Below, in pieces: positions 1-8,340 of a stretch of 64,000 nt of DNA (the first letter of the stretch is position 1; each line of letters begins with the position of its first letter). The notes beneath the pieces were generated by a model that had not been told where the DNA came from, did no database searches, and saw only the letters and a program-made list of their open reading frames with translations. The position numbers and the translations under genes are program-made. Source of the DNA: an uncultured Desulfobacteraceae bacterium (GTDB lineage Bacteria; Desulfobacterota; Desulfobacteria; Desulfobacterales; UBA5852); assembly GCA_942491115.1 (NCBI GenBank), contig CALNZV010000020.1, forward strand, positions 896,524-960,523. The letters run 5' to 3'.

Positions 1-233
1 AGAAGGATGCCGGCCGGAAAAGCCGTCAACCAGGCCAGGCCCATGGCGGCAGTCACCCTCAGAGCCGAGGCCAGAAAATGAGACCAGAATGCCCATGTCT
101 TGACCGCCGATCCGAAAGCGGAAATGGCGGTTTCCGGAGGTGGCAGCATGGCCGTGCCAAGGAGCAGGGCCGCCAGCTTCCAGCCGCATAACAGAACGAG
201 GAGCGATGCCCCGTATCGAAGAACCCCGGTCAT
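1..233 (-). CDS. ABC transporter permease (nitrate/sulfonate/bicarbonate type), 5' part only, runs off the window edge
   Basis: Manual minus-strand translation from ATG at 233 gives MTGVLRYGASLLVLLCGWKLAALLLGTAMLPPPETAISAFGSAVKTWAFWSHFLASALRV... This is a hydrophobic, TM-rich N-terminus. It starts 5 nt after the stop of the ATPase gene, in the order SBP-ATPase-permease. Confidence 0.6.
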   Translation of the reverse strand, partial: MTGVLRYGASLLVLLCGWKLAALLLGTAMLPPPETAISAFGSAVKTWAFWSHFLASALRVTAAMGLAWLTAFPAGIL

Positions 234-237
234 CCCC

Positions 238-978
238 CTAAGCCTCCATGACCCGACGCACCTCCTTGATCCGCAGAAAATAGCGGTCATGGGTGCGGTA
301 GCCGGGCATACCGACATCCCCGTTGTCTACCATGGCTTTCACACGGGTCGGCCGATCGGTCAGGATCAGTACCCGGGTGCCCAGAATCACCGCCTCCTCC
401 ACGCTGTGGGTGACGACAATGGTGGTGACCTGTCGACGCCGCCACATGTCCACCATGGTATCCTGGAGACGTTCCCGGGAGAGGGCGTCCAGGGATGAAA
501 AGGGTTCATCCATGAGAATCAAATCCGGCCGCACCGCCAGGGCCCTGGCGATGGCCACCCGCTGCTTTTGTCCGCCGGAAAGCTGGGCCGGGTAGCGGTT
601 TTCAAGCCCCTCCAGCCCTAGTTCCTTCATGAGGCCGTCAACCGTTGCCCTGCGGTCAGCCGCCGGTACCCCCTTTAGATGGAGCCCCAGTCCGATATTG
701 TCCGATGCGGTTTTCCATGGGAAAAGCCCAAAATCTTGAAGGATGAATGCGGTTTTACCGACTGAGTACTTTCCGTCCCTGCCCTGGACGGCCACCCTTC
801 CGGAGGCGGGGGCCAACAAACCCGCCAGAATGTAAAGCAGAGTGGTCTTTCCACAGCCGGACGGCCCGATGATGGACAGAGACTCACCCTTGGGCACCGT
901 AAAGGAGATGCCGCCCAGCACCTCCCCATCCCTGCCGCCGAAGCCCTTTCTGATATCGGATACCGTGATCATGAACAT
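238..978 (-). CDS. ABC transporter ATP-binding protein (nitrate/sulfonate/taurine family)
   Basis: 246 aa with Walker A GPSGCGKTT, ABC signature LSGGQKQRVAIARAL and Walker B LILMDEPFSSLD. Confidence 0.92.
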   Translation of the reverse strand: MFMITVSDIRKGFGGRDGEVLGGISFTVPKGESLSIIGPSGCGKTTLLYILAGLLAPASGRVAVQGRDGKYSVGKTAFILQDFGLFPWKTASDNIGLGLHLKGVPAADRRATVDGLMKELGLEGLENRYPAQLSGGQKQRVAIARALAVRPDLILMDEPFSSLDALSRERLQDTMVDMWRRRQVTTIVVTHSVEEAVILGTRVLILTDRPTRVKAMVDNGDVGMPGYRTHDRYFLRIKEVRRVMEA

Positions 979-997
979 TCCACAGACGGCCGCTGTG

Positions 998-1930
998 TCA
1001 GGGGGTGTAAACGATCTCCCCGTAGCGCAACCGATCGGTCATCATGCCGTTTGTCACCAACCAGTCCTGGACGGCTGACACATCAGCCTCACTGGGGATT
1101 CCCACCGTCGGAAAGACCGGGATCCGATAGCGGTCCTTCACCGGCATGGGAAAACGGGTCTTTTCGATCAAGAGTTCCTGGTAGGCATCGGGCCTGGCAT
1201 TGATTCTTGCCACCGCTTTTCCGTAGGCCTCAAGAAACCGTGTCACCAGACCGTGCGTCCTTCCCGTCATCTCAAGGGCCAGTATCGTTTCGGTCGTGTC
1301 CAGGGTGCGATCGTCACCGATAACCCTGGCTCCTTTGGACTCGGAAAGGGTCAGCAACGGCTCGGGCAAAAGCGCTGCAGGCACCTCATCGGCCAGCAGC
1401 ATCTGTAGCCGGATAGGGATTTTTTTGATTTCCTGTTTGGCCACCGAGCCGACCGGCAGTCCCTCCCGCTCGGTCATCCGATCGAGAAGGTATTCGATAA
1501 CGGTGGATTTGGAAATGGCGACGGGTTGATGCCTCAGGTCTCGGATCGAATGGACGCCAGATCCAGGGGCAACGGCGATTCCGAACATCCGGTGCTCCGG
1601 ATGGGTGCGGTAGGCGGTAGTGATGATCTTAAGCGGGTATCCCGCTCGAATCAACATGATGGTGTTCAGCAGGTCCCCGAAATACCCATCGAGGGTTTTG
1701 GCCTGGAGGGCGGCATCCCGTTCGAGTGCGCTCTGAAACGACACCATTTGAAGGTCGATGCCTTCTGCGGCAAACAACCCTTCCGATTCCCCCACCAGAA
1801 GGGGCAAGGTGTCCACTACCGGCAGAACCCCAAATCGCAGAACGTCGTTTCCGGCTGAAGCCGGGGACGCCCCCGCCGACAAGACAGCGATCACCACCAT
1901 CCACAGAAAACCGATGGACTTGGGCATCAT
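998..1930 (-). CDS. ABC transporter substrate-binding protein (NMT1/THI5-SsuA-like), secreted
   Basis: 310 aa with an N-terminal signal peptide (MMPKSIGFLWMVVIAVLSAGASPASA). It has the general periplasmic-binding layout, sits first in the operon with the ATPase and permease, and has RBS AAAGGAG upstream. Confidence 0.8.
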   Translation of the reverse strand: MMPKSIGFLWMVVIAVLSAGASPASAGNDVLRFGVLPVVDTLPLLVGESEGLFAAEGIDLQMVSFQSALERDAALQAKTLDGYFGDLLNTIMLIRAGYPLKIITTAYRTHPEHRMFGIAVAPGSGVHSIRDLRHQPVAISKSTVIEYLLDRMTEREGLPVGSVAKQEIKKIPIRLQMLLADEVPAALLPEPLLTLSESKGARVIGDDRTLDTTETILALEMTGRTHGLVTRFLEAYGKAVARINARPDAYQELLIEKTRFPMPVKDRYRIPVFPTVGIPSEADVSAVQDWLVTNGMMTDRLRYGEIVYTP

Positions 1931-1992
1931 GGCCAGACTCCTTTTGTTGATGAGACGGCGCCATTTCGAGGTTTCGATTCATTTGGGCCGGG

Positions 1993-2021
1993 AGCCTATG
2001 GGAACGGAGGACCCCTGTCAA
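1993..2021 (-). promoter_or_regulatory. Candidate sigma70-type promoter for the ABC transporter operon
   Basis: The minus strand reads TTGACA-17 nt-TAGGCT, about 60 nt upstream of the SBP start codon and downstream of the thioredoxin-gene terminator. Confidence 0.35.
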
Positions 2022-2077
2022 CCGAAAGCCGAAGCCACAGGGACCGATTCGGAAGGACCTGTCGAACGGGCTGGCAG

Positions 2078-2124
2078 CTCAAAACGGAGAAAAACGGCGG
2101 GAGGATTCGGGTTCGATCCCGCCC
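2078..2124 (-). terminator. Rho-independent terminator after the thioredoxin-like gene
   Basis: The minus strand reads GGCGGGA-14 nt loop-TCCCGCC followed by GTTTTTCTCCGTTTT, 43 nt after the stop at 2167. Confidence 0.6.
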
Positions 2125-2166
2125 AGAGGCGTTGAGAAGACATGGCATGGTGGCCATGGGCGACCG

Positions 2167-2646
2167 TCAGCTCGGAGGGCTGTTCTCGCCTTCATTGCTC
2201 TGGGGGATATATGGAGGGACGATTCCCATTTGTTCCAACTGCCGGATGATGGCCGCTTCCTCCATAATCCCCAGGTGGCGCTTGACCTCTTTACCGTCCT
2301 CGTCAAAAAAGATGAGGGTGGGAATGGCCCTAACCCCAAACTGAGACATGGCCGAACGGTGTTCGACCACATCGATTTGGACGATGTCGGCTTTTCCCCG
2401 GTAGGCTTTTTCCAGTTTCACAAGGACGGGCTTCATGACACGGCAGGGGGCGCAAAAATCAGCCCCCAGCTCCACCAGGGAAATTCGACCCATGCGGGGG
2501 TAGGCCTTTGGGTTGCCGGAGTCGCCGAGGGCAAGCGCCGGAAGAAGCATGAGGATCACTAGGGAGATCCAACAGAGGACCGCCGGGGAGGCGTTTTTGG
2601 TATCGGTCATGGCATCTACTTTTCGGATGGGGTTAGTCCCATTCAT
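2167..2646 (-). CDS. Thioredoxin-fold protein, membrane-anchored or secreted (CAPC active site)
   Basis: 159 aa with an N-terminal hydrophobic segment. The thioredoxin motif is FCAPCRVMKPVL, with the IPTLIFFD cis-Pro region. Confidence 0.8.
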   Translation of the reverse strand: MNGTNPIRKVDAMTDTKNASPAVLCWISLVILMLLPALALGDSGNPKAYPRMGRISLVELGADFCAPCRVMKPVLVKLEKAYRGKADIVQIDVVEHRSAMSQFGVRAIPTLIFFDEDGKEVKRHLGIMEEAAIIRQLEQMGIVPPYIPQSNEGENSPPS

Positions 2647-2742
2647 TGCGGACGGCCGCGATTTAAGATTAACGTGATGCTGAACATCAGCACCGGGGGG
2701 TCATTTTGCAAGGTCAGGTAGCCTCCGATGGCCCGACACCGG

Positions 2743-3855
2743 TCAGATCACCAGATTGAACAGATAGCCAACCATCAGTATCCCTCCGGAGACCACCCCG
2801 ACAAAGGCGCCGATCAACCTCGGTTTGAGCACTTTTCTGAGAATGATGAGTTCCGGAAGGGACAGAGCGATGACAGACATCATAAAGGCCAACACCGTAC
2901 CGAGGGCAGCGCCTTTCCCCATCAAAGCCTCCACCACCGGGATGATGCCCGCCGCGTTGGAGTACATGGGCACCCCCATCAGCACCGCCAGGGGGACGGT
3001 CCACCAGGCCCCCTTACCCATAAAAGCCGCCATGACGCCCTCGGGTACAAACCCGTGAATGAGGGCGCCGATGGCAATCCCCAGCAAGATGAACTTCCAG
3101 ACCCTGCCCAGTATCTCGACAACGGCATCCCGGCCGAATACCAGCCGGTCCTGCCAGGACAGTCTTGCGTCTGTCCCCCCATTCCCCGACGTCATGGTGT
3201 AGACCCAGTCTTCAACGTGGGCCTCCATTCCGAGTCTTCCGATCACCCATCCGGCGCCGATCGCCACCACCAACCCGGTGCCCGCATACAACAGCGCCAC
3301 CTTCCACCCCACCAGGCCCACCAGCAGCCCAAGAGCGATTTCGTTGACCATAGGGGCCGAAATGAGAAAAGAGAAAGTGACCCCAAGGGGTACACCAGCC
3401 GTCACAAATCCGATAAAGAGGGGGACCGCTGAGCAGGAGCAGAAGGGGGTTACGATGCCCAGGAGGGCCGCCAGAATATTGCCGGCTAGAAGCCCCTTCC
3501 CGGCGAGAAGGCCACGGGTGCGATCCGGTGAAAAATAGCTGCGGACAACCCCGACCCCGAAGACAACGAGGATGAGCAGCATGAACACTTTTGGGGTGTC
3601 GTAGAGAAAAAACTCGATGGCCGAGCCCAGAGGGGAGCTCTCTTGGAAGGAGAGCACCCGGTAGGTAAAAAACCGGGCTCCCGGCAGCAGGTGGCTGTAG
3701 ACAATCCACCAAAGGGCCGCAGCTGCCGGCACCAGTCCAATCCATAACCATGCGGGCGCCCGAGCCGATGCCTGTGGCGTCCGGCAGCGGCAGTCAATGG
3801 GTGGGGAGGGTTTCATCGGTATCGGCCTTTCTCCGTCCTCGGATCCGATTGACAC
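2743..3855 (-). CDS. Permease, YraQ/ArsP-like (UPF0718/DUF318 family)
   Basis: Polytopic membrane protein carrying the family-typical TPFCSCSAVPLF motif. The ORF opens with GTG at 3855. ATG at 3816 (MKPSPP...) with GGAGAAAGG upstream is an equally likely start. Confidence 0.8.
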   Translation of the reverse strand: MSIGSEDGERPIPMKPSPPIDCRCRTPQASARAPAWLWIGLVPAAAALWWIVYSHLLPGARFFTYRVLSFQESSPLGSAIEFFLYDTPKVFMLLILVVFGVGVVRSYFSPDRTRGLLAGKGLLAGNILAALLGIVTPFCSCSAVPLFIGFVTAGVPLGVTFSFLISAPMVNEIALGLLVGLVGWKVALLYAGTGLVVAIGAGWVIGRLGMEAHVEDWVYTMTSGNGGTDARLSWQDRLVFGRDAVVEILGRVWKFILLGIAIGALIHGFVPEGVMAAFMGKGAWWTVPLAVLMGVPMYSNAAGIIPVVEALMGKGAALGTVLAFMMSVIALSLPELIILRKVLKPRLIGAFVGVVSGGILMVGYLFNLVI

Positions 3856-3874
3856 CGAGGGGGTTCGGGGGACG

Positions 3875-4108
3875 TCAGGCCCCGATCATCTGCTTCACGT
3901 CGGCAATCGTCGGCACTTTGCCCACAAGCCTGACATCGCCGTCGATAACGATCGCCGGGGTGGACATGATGCCGAAGCCGGCAATCTGCATCATATCGGT
4001 AATTTTCTCAACCGTCGCCGTAACGCCGGCCTCCGCCAGGGCCTCCTTTACGATCTGCTCGGTTTTATCGCACTTTTTACATCCAGGTCCCAACACTTTG
4101 ATATTCAT
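3875..4108 (-). CDS. Small thioredoxin-fold protein (redox-active disulfide protein 2 type)
   Basis: 77 aa, MNIKVLGPGCKKCDKT..., with a CxxC near the N-terminus. Its start overlaps the ArsR stop (ATGA), which is typical of partners of ArsR plus YraQ-type permease. Confidence 0.8.
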   Translation of the reverse strand: MNIKVLGPGCKKCDKTEQIVKEALAEAGVTATVEKITDMMQIAGFGIMSTPAIVIDGDVRLVGKVPTIADVKQMIGA

Positions 4109-4521
4109 CGGTTCTCCCCATTCACCAAAGGTCTTGACGAGGTCGGCCGCCCCCCTCCTGAAATAGCGGGGCTCCTTCCGCAGAGGGTCTGCCGGTCAAC
4201 GAAAGGCAGCTGTCGAACAGCGGCCGACACCTCCGGGGCATCCTCCAACCAGTGTCGAAGGTTCCCAAGAAGACTGGCGACATACGGACTCGTTCGACCG
4301 TCCGACAGAGAGTAGTTTACCCAAAGACCCTGTTTTTCTGAAATGACGACCCCCGCTTCTTCCAGCACCTTCAACTGCTTGGAGACCGTCGGTTGAGCAA
4401 CACCCAGAACCGCCTGGATCTCACAGACACAGAGGGTTCTGTGCTGAAGCAGCTTGACAATTTTTACCCGGGTGGAATCGGACAGGGCCTTCATCACTTG
4501 TAGAAAGGTTTCCATAAACAA
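4105..4521 (-). CDS. ArsR/SmtB family transcriptional regulator
   Basis: Winged-helix core LSDSTRVKIVKLL...CVCEIQAVLGVAQPTVSKQLKVLEEAGVV. The ORF opens with TTG at 4521 and the first ATG is at 4515. Confidence 0.88.
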   Translation of the reverse strand: MFMETFLQVMKALSDSTRVKIVKLLQHRTLCVCEIQAVLGVAQPTVSKQLKVLEEAGVVISEKQGLWVNYSLSDGRTSPYVASLLGNLRHWLEDAPEVSAAVRQLPFVDRQTLCGRSPAISGGGRPTSSRPLVNGENR

Positions 4522-4522
4522 C

Positions 4523-4551
4523 TATATATTCTTTATTTGGAATATAATCAA
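4523..4551 (-). promoter_or_regulatory. Candidate promoter (TTGATT-17-TATATA) with an embedded operator-like inverted repeat ATATTC-N8-GAATAT (4526-4545)
   Basis: This is the only strongly AT-rich stretch in the window (4520-4640). The inverted repeat sits inside the promoter spacer directly upstream of the ArsR gene, and the -10 lies only a few nt from the start codon. Confidence 0.35.
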
Positions 4552-4642
4552 TTATAAAAATATATCTTTACAGATAGATGTAAAAAAAATTTTTCTACAA
4601 ATGGAATTTATCAGAGAAAACAGGCCCCGGAGGCGGTCTGTG

Positions 4643-5941
4643 TCAATCCCCGCCCACTTCAGGGCTGCGGTATCCGATCTTTAGGAGCGCATCCCGGGAA
4701 ATCATGCCGCGGTAACGCCCGCCCGCATCCACCACCGGCAGGCGCTTCAACCGCTTTTCAATCATCAGTCCAATGGCGTCTTGGATAGGGGTGGACTCTC
4801 CCACGATCACCAACGCGGTCTCCATGACATCCGAGGCCGTCTTTTCTTTGAGGGTTTTTCGCAACTCGCCTCGGCAGCCGTGGGTGTCCTGGGCTTTCAA
4901 CCGGCAAGCCAGATACTCCCAGAATCCCAGGCCCTGCCCTGAAAAGGCGTTCAGGAGATTCCTGTCCGATATCATGCCGAGAAACCCCCCATCACCGCCG
5001 ACGACAGCCACCCGCTGGATGTCGTCGGCGGTGATGATCCGAATCACCTCCTCGACCGGTGTCTCGGGCCCGACGGTCTGAGTGTCCCGCCGCATGATGT
5101 CAGAGACGTATTTTAGGCGGTCCACGGCCACCTGCTCCCGGGCGAGGGCGCTCCAGTCGGGGGCTTCACGGGCAATGGTCTGGAAGATGTCCACCCTTGA
5201 GATCATGCCGACGAGCCGTCCGTGATCGTCGACCACCGGCAGTCGCTTGACGCGATGCCTAAGCATTTTGTTCGCCGCCGCTGCGACGCCTTGGGTCTCT
5301 TCGATACAAATCGGCGACGGGGTCATGACCGCCTCGGCCCTCCTTGTGGCCAGCTGTCCCATGATCCGGCTCCGCTGCTCCGGCTCCGACGCGGCCACCA
5401 ATCCAATGCGAAGGGGCATGCCGGCCTTGTAAATAAGGTCGCCCTGGGTGATCATGCCCTCCGGCCTGCCATGGGCGTCCACCACCGGAACCCCCCCGAA
5501 TACCGCACTCAACAGCACACTGGCCACCTCGTCGAGGGGCGAGTTCCCCGTCACCGCCACCGGATTTCGGGTCATGATGTCCTTGATGCGAATTTGCCGC
5601 GGGATAAGCTGATGCCGGGTTCGATAGGAGCGAACCGACACCTCCCTGACGGCCACGATACCGTCTTCCACAATGGTTTCGAGTCTGGAGAGGGCTTTTT
5701 CCAGCTCGGTGGCGGGCAGGATGATTTCGATCTTGACCGGTAGGTTGTAGGAAATGGTCAGGAGGCTTTTGGATGCGATTTCCCCGGATTCATAGGCGCC
5801 CGCTCGCCCCACGACGGTGATGCAGCGGGCGGCAGCCTTGAGGGACTTTACCATTTCGACCACCCCATCGGCCACCGGCCGCTTGTCGTGTCTGGCCTCC
5901 TCGGAGGTATAGATCTCGATCACCCGATAGTCGAGGGACAT
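4643..5941 (-). CDS. DUF190 (PII-like, CrcB-associated) domain fused to four CBS domains
   Basis: 432 aa. The N-terminal ~105 aa (MSLDYRVIEIYTSEEARHDKRPV...) look like DUF190. The rest is repeated CBS motifs (IMTRNPVAV..., VMTPSPICI..., IMRRDTQTV..., VMETALVIV...). It starts 5 nt after the crcB stop. Confidence 0.8.
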   Translation of the reverse strand: MSLDYRVIEIYTSEEARHDKRPVADGVVEMVKSLKAAARCITVVGRAGAYESGEIASKSLLTISYNLPVKIEIILPATELEKALSRLETIVEDGIVAVREVSVRSYRTRHQLIPRQIRIKDIMTRNPVAVTGNSPLDEVASVLLSAVFGGVPVVDAHGRPEGMITQGDLIYKAGMPLRIGLVAASEPEQRSRIMGQLATRRAEAVMTPSPICIEETQGVAAAANKMLRHRVKRLPVVDDHGRLVGMISRVDIFQTIAREAPDWSALAREQVAVDRLKYVSDIMRRDTQTVGPETPVEEVIRIITADDIQRVAVVGGDGGFLGMISDRNLLNAFSGQGLGFWEYLACRLKAQDTHGCRGELRKTLKEKTASDVMETALVIVGESTPIQDAIGLMIEKRLKRLPVVDAGGRYRGMISRDALLKIGYRSPEVGGD

Positions 5942-5945
5942 GCGG

Positions 5946-6344
5946 TCACCTCCCTCTGTAGAGGATTTGTACCACGGTGATCCCGGTCATCACCAGAACG
6001 ATGCCCCCGAGATTGTTGGCCGCCACGGTGAGCGCAGCCTCTGCGAGACGCCCTGAGCGCGCCGCATCGACCGTTTCGAGGGCGTAGGTGGAAAAGGTCG
6101 TCAGGGCCCCCAAAAAGCCGGTCATGAGGAAGAGACGAACCGGCGGGGTCAAGGCGGCCCAGCGATCGGCCAGGGCAAACAGAATCCCGATGAAGAAACA
6201 GCCGATCATGTTGGCGGTGAAGGTGCCCCAGGACAGTCCGGTGCCGAAGAGCCGTATGGCCGCCAGGGATACACCATAGCGACACAGGGCACCAAGGCTG
6301 CCGCCGATCATTACCAGCAGTAGTTTGGTCAGTATCCCGGTCAA
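5946..6344 (-). CDS. crcB: Fluoride ion channel CrcB/FluC
   Basis: 132 aa with four TM segments. Family motifs are GGSLGALCRY and GFLGALTTFSTY. The start codon is TTG at 6344, with an internal ATG alternative at MIGGSLG. Confidence 0.88.
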   Translation of the reverse strand: MTGILTKLLLVMIGGSLGALCRYGVSLAAIRLFGTGLSWGTFTANMIGCFFIGILFALADRWAALTPPVRLFLMTGFLGALTTFSTYALETVDAARSGRLAEAALTVAANNLGGIVLVMTGITVVQILYRGR

Positions 6345-6599
6345 GGGGAAGAAAAACCTTTCTGATGTCGGGAGAACCAGCTAATGGGGCGCCGCCCGCA
6401 GAATCATTTAGACGATGGATCAACGATCTTGTCAAGGCGGCCCCCGGCCCTTGATAGGCCGCGGATGCCCCTTGGGGGCAACCATCTCTTCTGGACAGGG
6501 AGCAGCCGGTCGGGGCGACGAGGGAAAGGGAGGCTAAACGGGCCGCCCCCGTGGGGATGATCCGTCCGGTCGGCTATCCCGGGGGCCGCGGCCTATTGG

Positions 6600-7340
6600 T
6601 TAGGCGTCGTCGACAGGAATCCGGTATAGGCAGATCTTGCATCTGGCGCCTTCCTGTTGAATATAGTCCGCGCTGACCAGTTTTTGAAGCTCCCAAATGC
6701 CATCGTTTTCGATTTCCCGCATCCGGGCGCGGTAGCGGTCTTTCTCCCAGGCCTGCTCACGCACGGTGAAGCACACATAGCCTCCGGGCTTGGTGATGCG
6801 GATGAGTTCATCCAGGGCTTCCGGCCCCACATGACCGCAGGTGAAGGTGCCCACACTGATGACCGCATCGTAAGTATTGTCCGACATATTTAAGTGTTGG
6901 GTCATATCGCCTCGCCTCAGTGTGTTGTAGACCCCCTTTGCCCTGGCCTTTTCCAGCATGGCCTGGGAATAATCCAGGCCCTCGATGTTGCGGTAACCTC
7001 CCCGGCGCAGGCACTCGCCCACGATACCGGTGCCGCAACCGGCATCCAAGATGCGGTTCCCCTTGCCGGTCAGATGGTCCGCCAGCAGCCTGCTGGCAAT
7101 CATGGGAGCGACGTAGCCCATCTCCCCCAGAAGATCCCTGTCGTATCGGCCGGCCCACTCGCTGTAGGCAACCATCAGTTCTTCCTTGTTCGATGCGTTC
7201 AGCACTCTTTCATGAATGTCCTTGCGGTTGGTCACGGAGATCTCCAAATCAGCGGCGGATAGGGTCTTGTGAAGCGCCCGTTCGGGGCGAGCGGGATCGG
7301 CGTCACTTTTCGACAGTTGCCGGAGGCGTGAAAACGACAT
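6600..7340 (-). CDS. Class I SAM-dependent methyltransferase
   Basis: Motif I ILDAGCGTGIVGE followed by GLDYSQAML. I chose ATG at 7340 (MSFSRLRQL...). The longer ORF reaching 7565 adds a Pro/Arg-rich extension that does not look protein-like. Confidence 0.8.
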   Translation of the reverse strand: MSFSRLRQLSKSDADPARPERALHKTLSAADLEISVTNRKDIHERVLNASNKEELMVAYSEWAGRYDRDLLGEMGYVAPMIASRLLADHLTGKGNRILDAGCGTGIVGECLRRGGYRNIEGLDYSQAMLEKARAKGVYNTLRRGDMTQHLNMSDNTYDAVISVGTFTCGHVGPEALDELIRITKPGGYVCFTVREQAWEKDRYRARMREIENDGIWELQKLVSADYIQQEGARCKICLYRIPVDDA

Positions 7341-7575
7341 GAGGCCAGGGGCGTCGTCGGCATCCGTCCTCCGAGGAATCCCGTGCCGGCAGACGTTCAG
7401 GCCCTGCCGCATCGGCCAGGCGGCCTGCCTCATCGCCCTTTGGACGACGGGGTGGATGATAGGAAAAGGCGGTGACGATGTCAAACCAAGGGGAGGTTGA
7501 ATCAGGAACGTTCCCGGTCGAGACCGTGCCGCCATGAGACCGATTGGCGGTGACCGAGAGGTCAAAGGGTAGCTA

Positions 7576-7605
7576 CCGCCCGGGGCCGTTTAAGCCCCCG
7601 GGCGG
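7576..7605 (-). terminator. GC-rich stem-loop downstream of the peroxiredoxin gene (candidate terminator)
   Basis: Perfect 10-bp stem CCGCCCGGGG / CCCCGGGCGG with a 10-nt loop, 37 nt after the stop at 7642. The trailing U-tract is weak. Confidence 0.4.
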
Positions 7606-7641
7606 ATGGGTGTTTCTCACAGTCCGATGCAATGGAGTGTC

Positions 7642-8295
7642 TTATTTATCCAAGGGTTTGTGGCAGAACCACCAGTCGAAGTTTTCGAACTGGCCAAGCC
7701 GCTCTTTGGCGGTGTTGACGTCCGTGGCCGGGGGCACGATCACCCGGTCCTTGATCAATTCGTTGTTCGGCCAGCCGGCGGGCAGGGCCACGGAGTTGGC
7801 ATCGGACACCTGAAGCGCCTTCACCGCCCGAAGGATCTCATCCATGTTTCGCCCGACTTCCTGGGGGTAATAGAGGATGAGACGTACCCGTCCCTCCGGG
7901 TCCCCCACGAACACCGCACGGACGGTATTGCTGCCCTTGGCCGGGTGCATCATGCCCAGGCGCTCGGCAATCGTATCGTTGCCGGCAATGATGGGATAAG
8001 TGATCTCGACGTCGAGTTTCTCCCGAATCCACTCTATCCATTTGATGTGGGAGAAGACCTGGTCGATAGACAAGCCCACCAGTTTGCAGCCAAGAGAGTC
8101 GAATTCCGCCATCCGTTTCTGAAAAGCCACAAACTCGGTTGTGCAGACGGGGGTGAAGTCCGCCGGGTGGCTGAACAACACGAACCAAGACCCTTTGAAG
8201 TCGCCGGGGATGGTCATGGGGCCATGGGTGGACTGGACGGACAGCTCCGGAAAATGCTCCCCCAACAGGGGCATGCCGGTGTGTTTCTCTTCCAT
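7642..8295 (-). CDS. Peroxiredoxin (1-Cys / Prx6-like)
   Basis: 217 aa with the peroxidatic-Cys motif FTPVCTTEF and a length and C-terminus typical of the Prx6 subgroup. It is probably co-transcribed with the upstream MBL-rhodanese gene (45-nt gap, RBS AAAGGA). Confidence 0.9.
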   Translation of the reverse strand: MEEKHTGMPLLGEHFPELSVQSTHGPMTIPGDFKGSWFVLFSHPADFTPVCTTEFVAFQKRMAEFDSLGCKLVGLSIDQVFSHIKWIEWIREKLDVEITYPIIAGNDTIAERLGMMHPAKGSNTVRAVFVGDPEGRVRLILYYPQEVGRNMDEILRAVKALQVSDANSVALPAGWPNNELIKDRVIVPPATDVNTAKERLGQFENFDWWFCHKPLDK

Positions 8296-8340
8296 TTTGT
8301 TGTTCCTTTCTGGTTAATGGTCCTTAAGGGTTGAGGTCTG

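Noticed and set aside
1931-2075. TPP (THI-box) riboswitch upstream of the NMT1/THI5-like binding protein.
   Set aside because: The leader has no CUGAGA or ACCUGAUCUGGAUAAUGCCAGCG-like element. A plain promoter plus a short leader fits better.
2096-2124. tRNA-like T-arm sequence GGGTTCGATCCCGCC on the plus strand (possible tRNA fragment or integration scar).
   Set aside because: There is no acceptor stem, anticodon arm or D-arm around it. The same bases form the stem of a hairpin followed by a U-tract on the minus strand, so a rho-independent terminator of the thioredoxin-like gene explains it better.
6345-6600. Fluoride (crcB-motif) riboswitch expected upstream of crcB.
   Set aside because: I compared the minus-strand leader by eye with the conserved GGCGAUGG...UCGCC / AAC.GC / CUGAUGA..CCU core. 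I found only loose fragments (GAGATGGTTGCCCCC, AAATGATTCTG) with no consistent P1 stem or pseudoknot. It needs Infernal with RF01734 to settle, so I am not calling it.
7341-7565. N-terminal 75-codon extension of the methyltransferase ORF (start at 7565).
   Set aside because: The extension is Pro/Arg/Gly-rich and lies upstream of a good internal ATG (7340). It would leave no room for a promoter after the peroxiredoxin terminator hairpin at 7576-7605.
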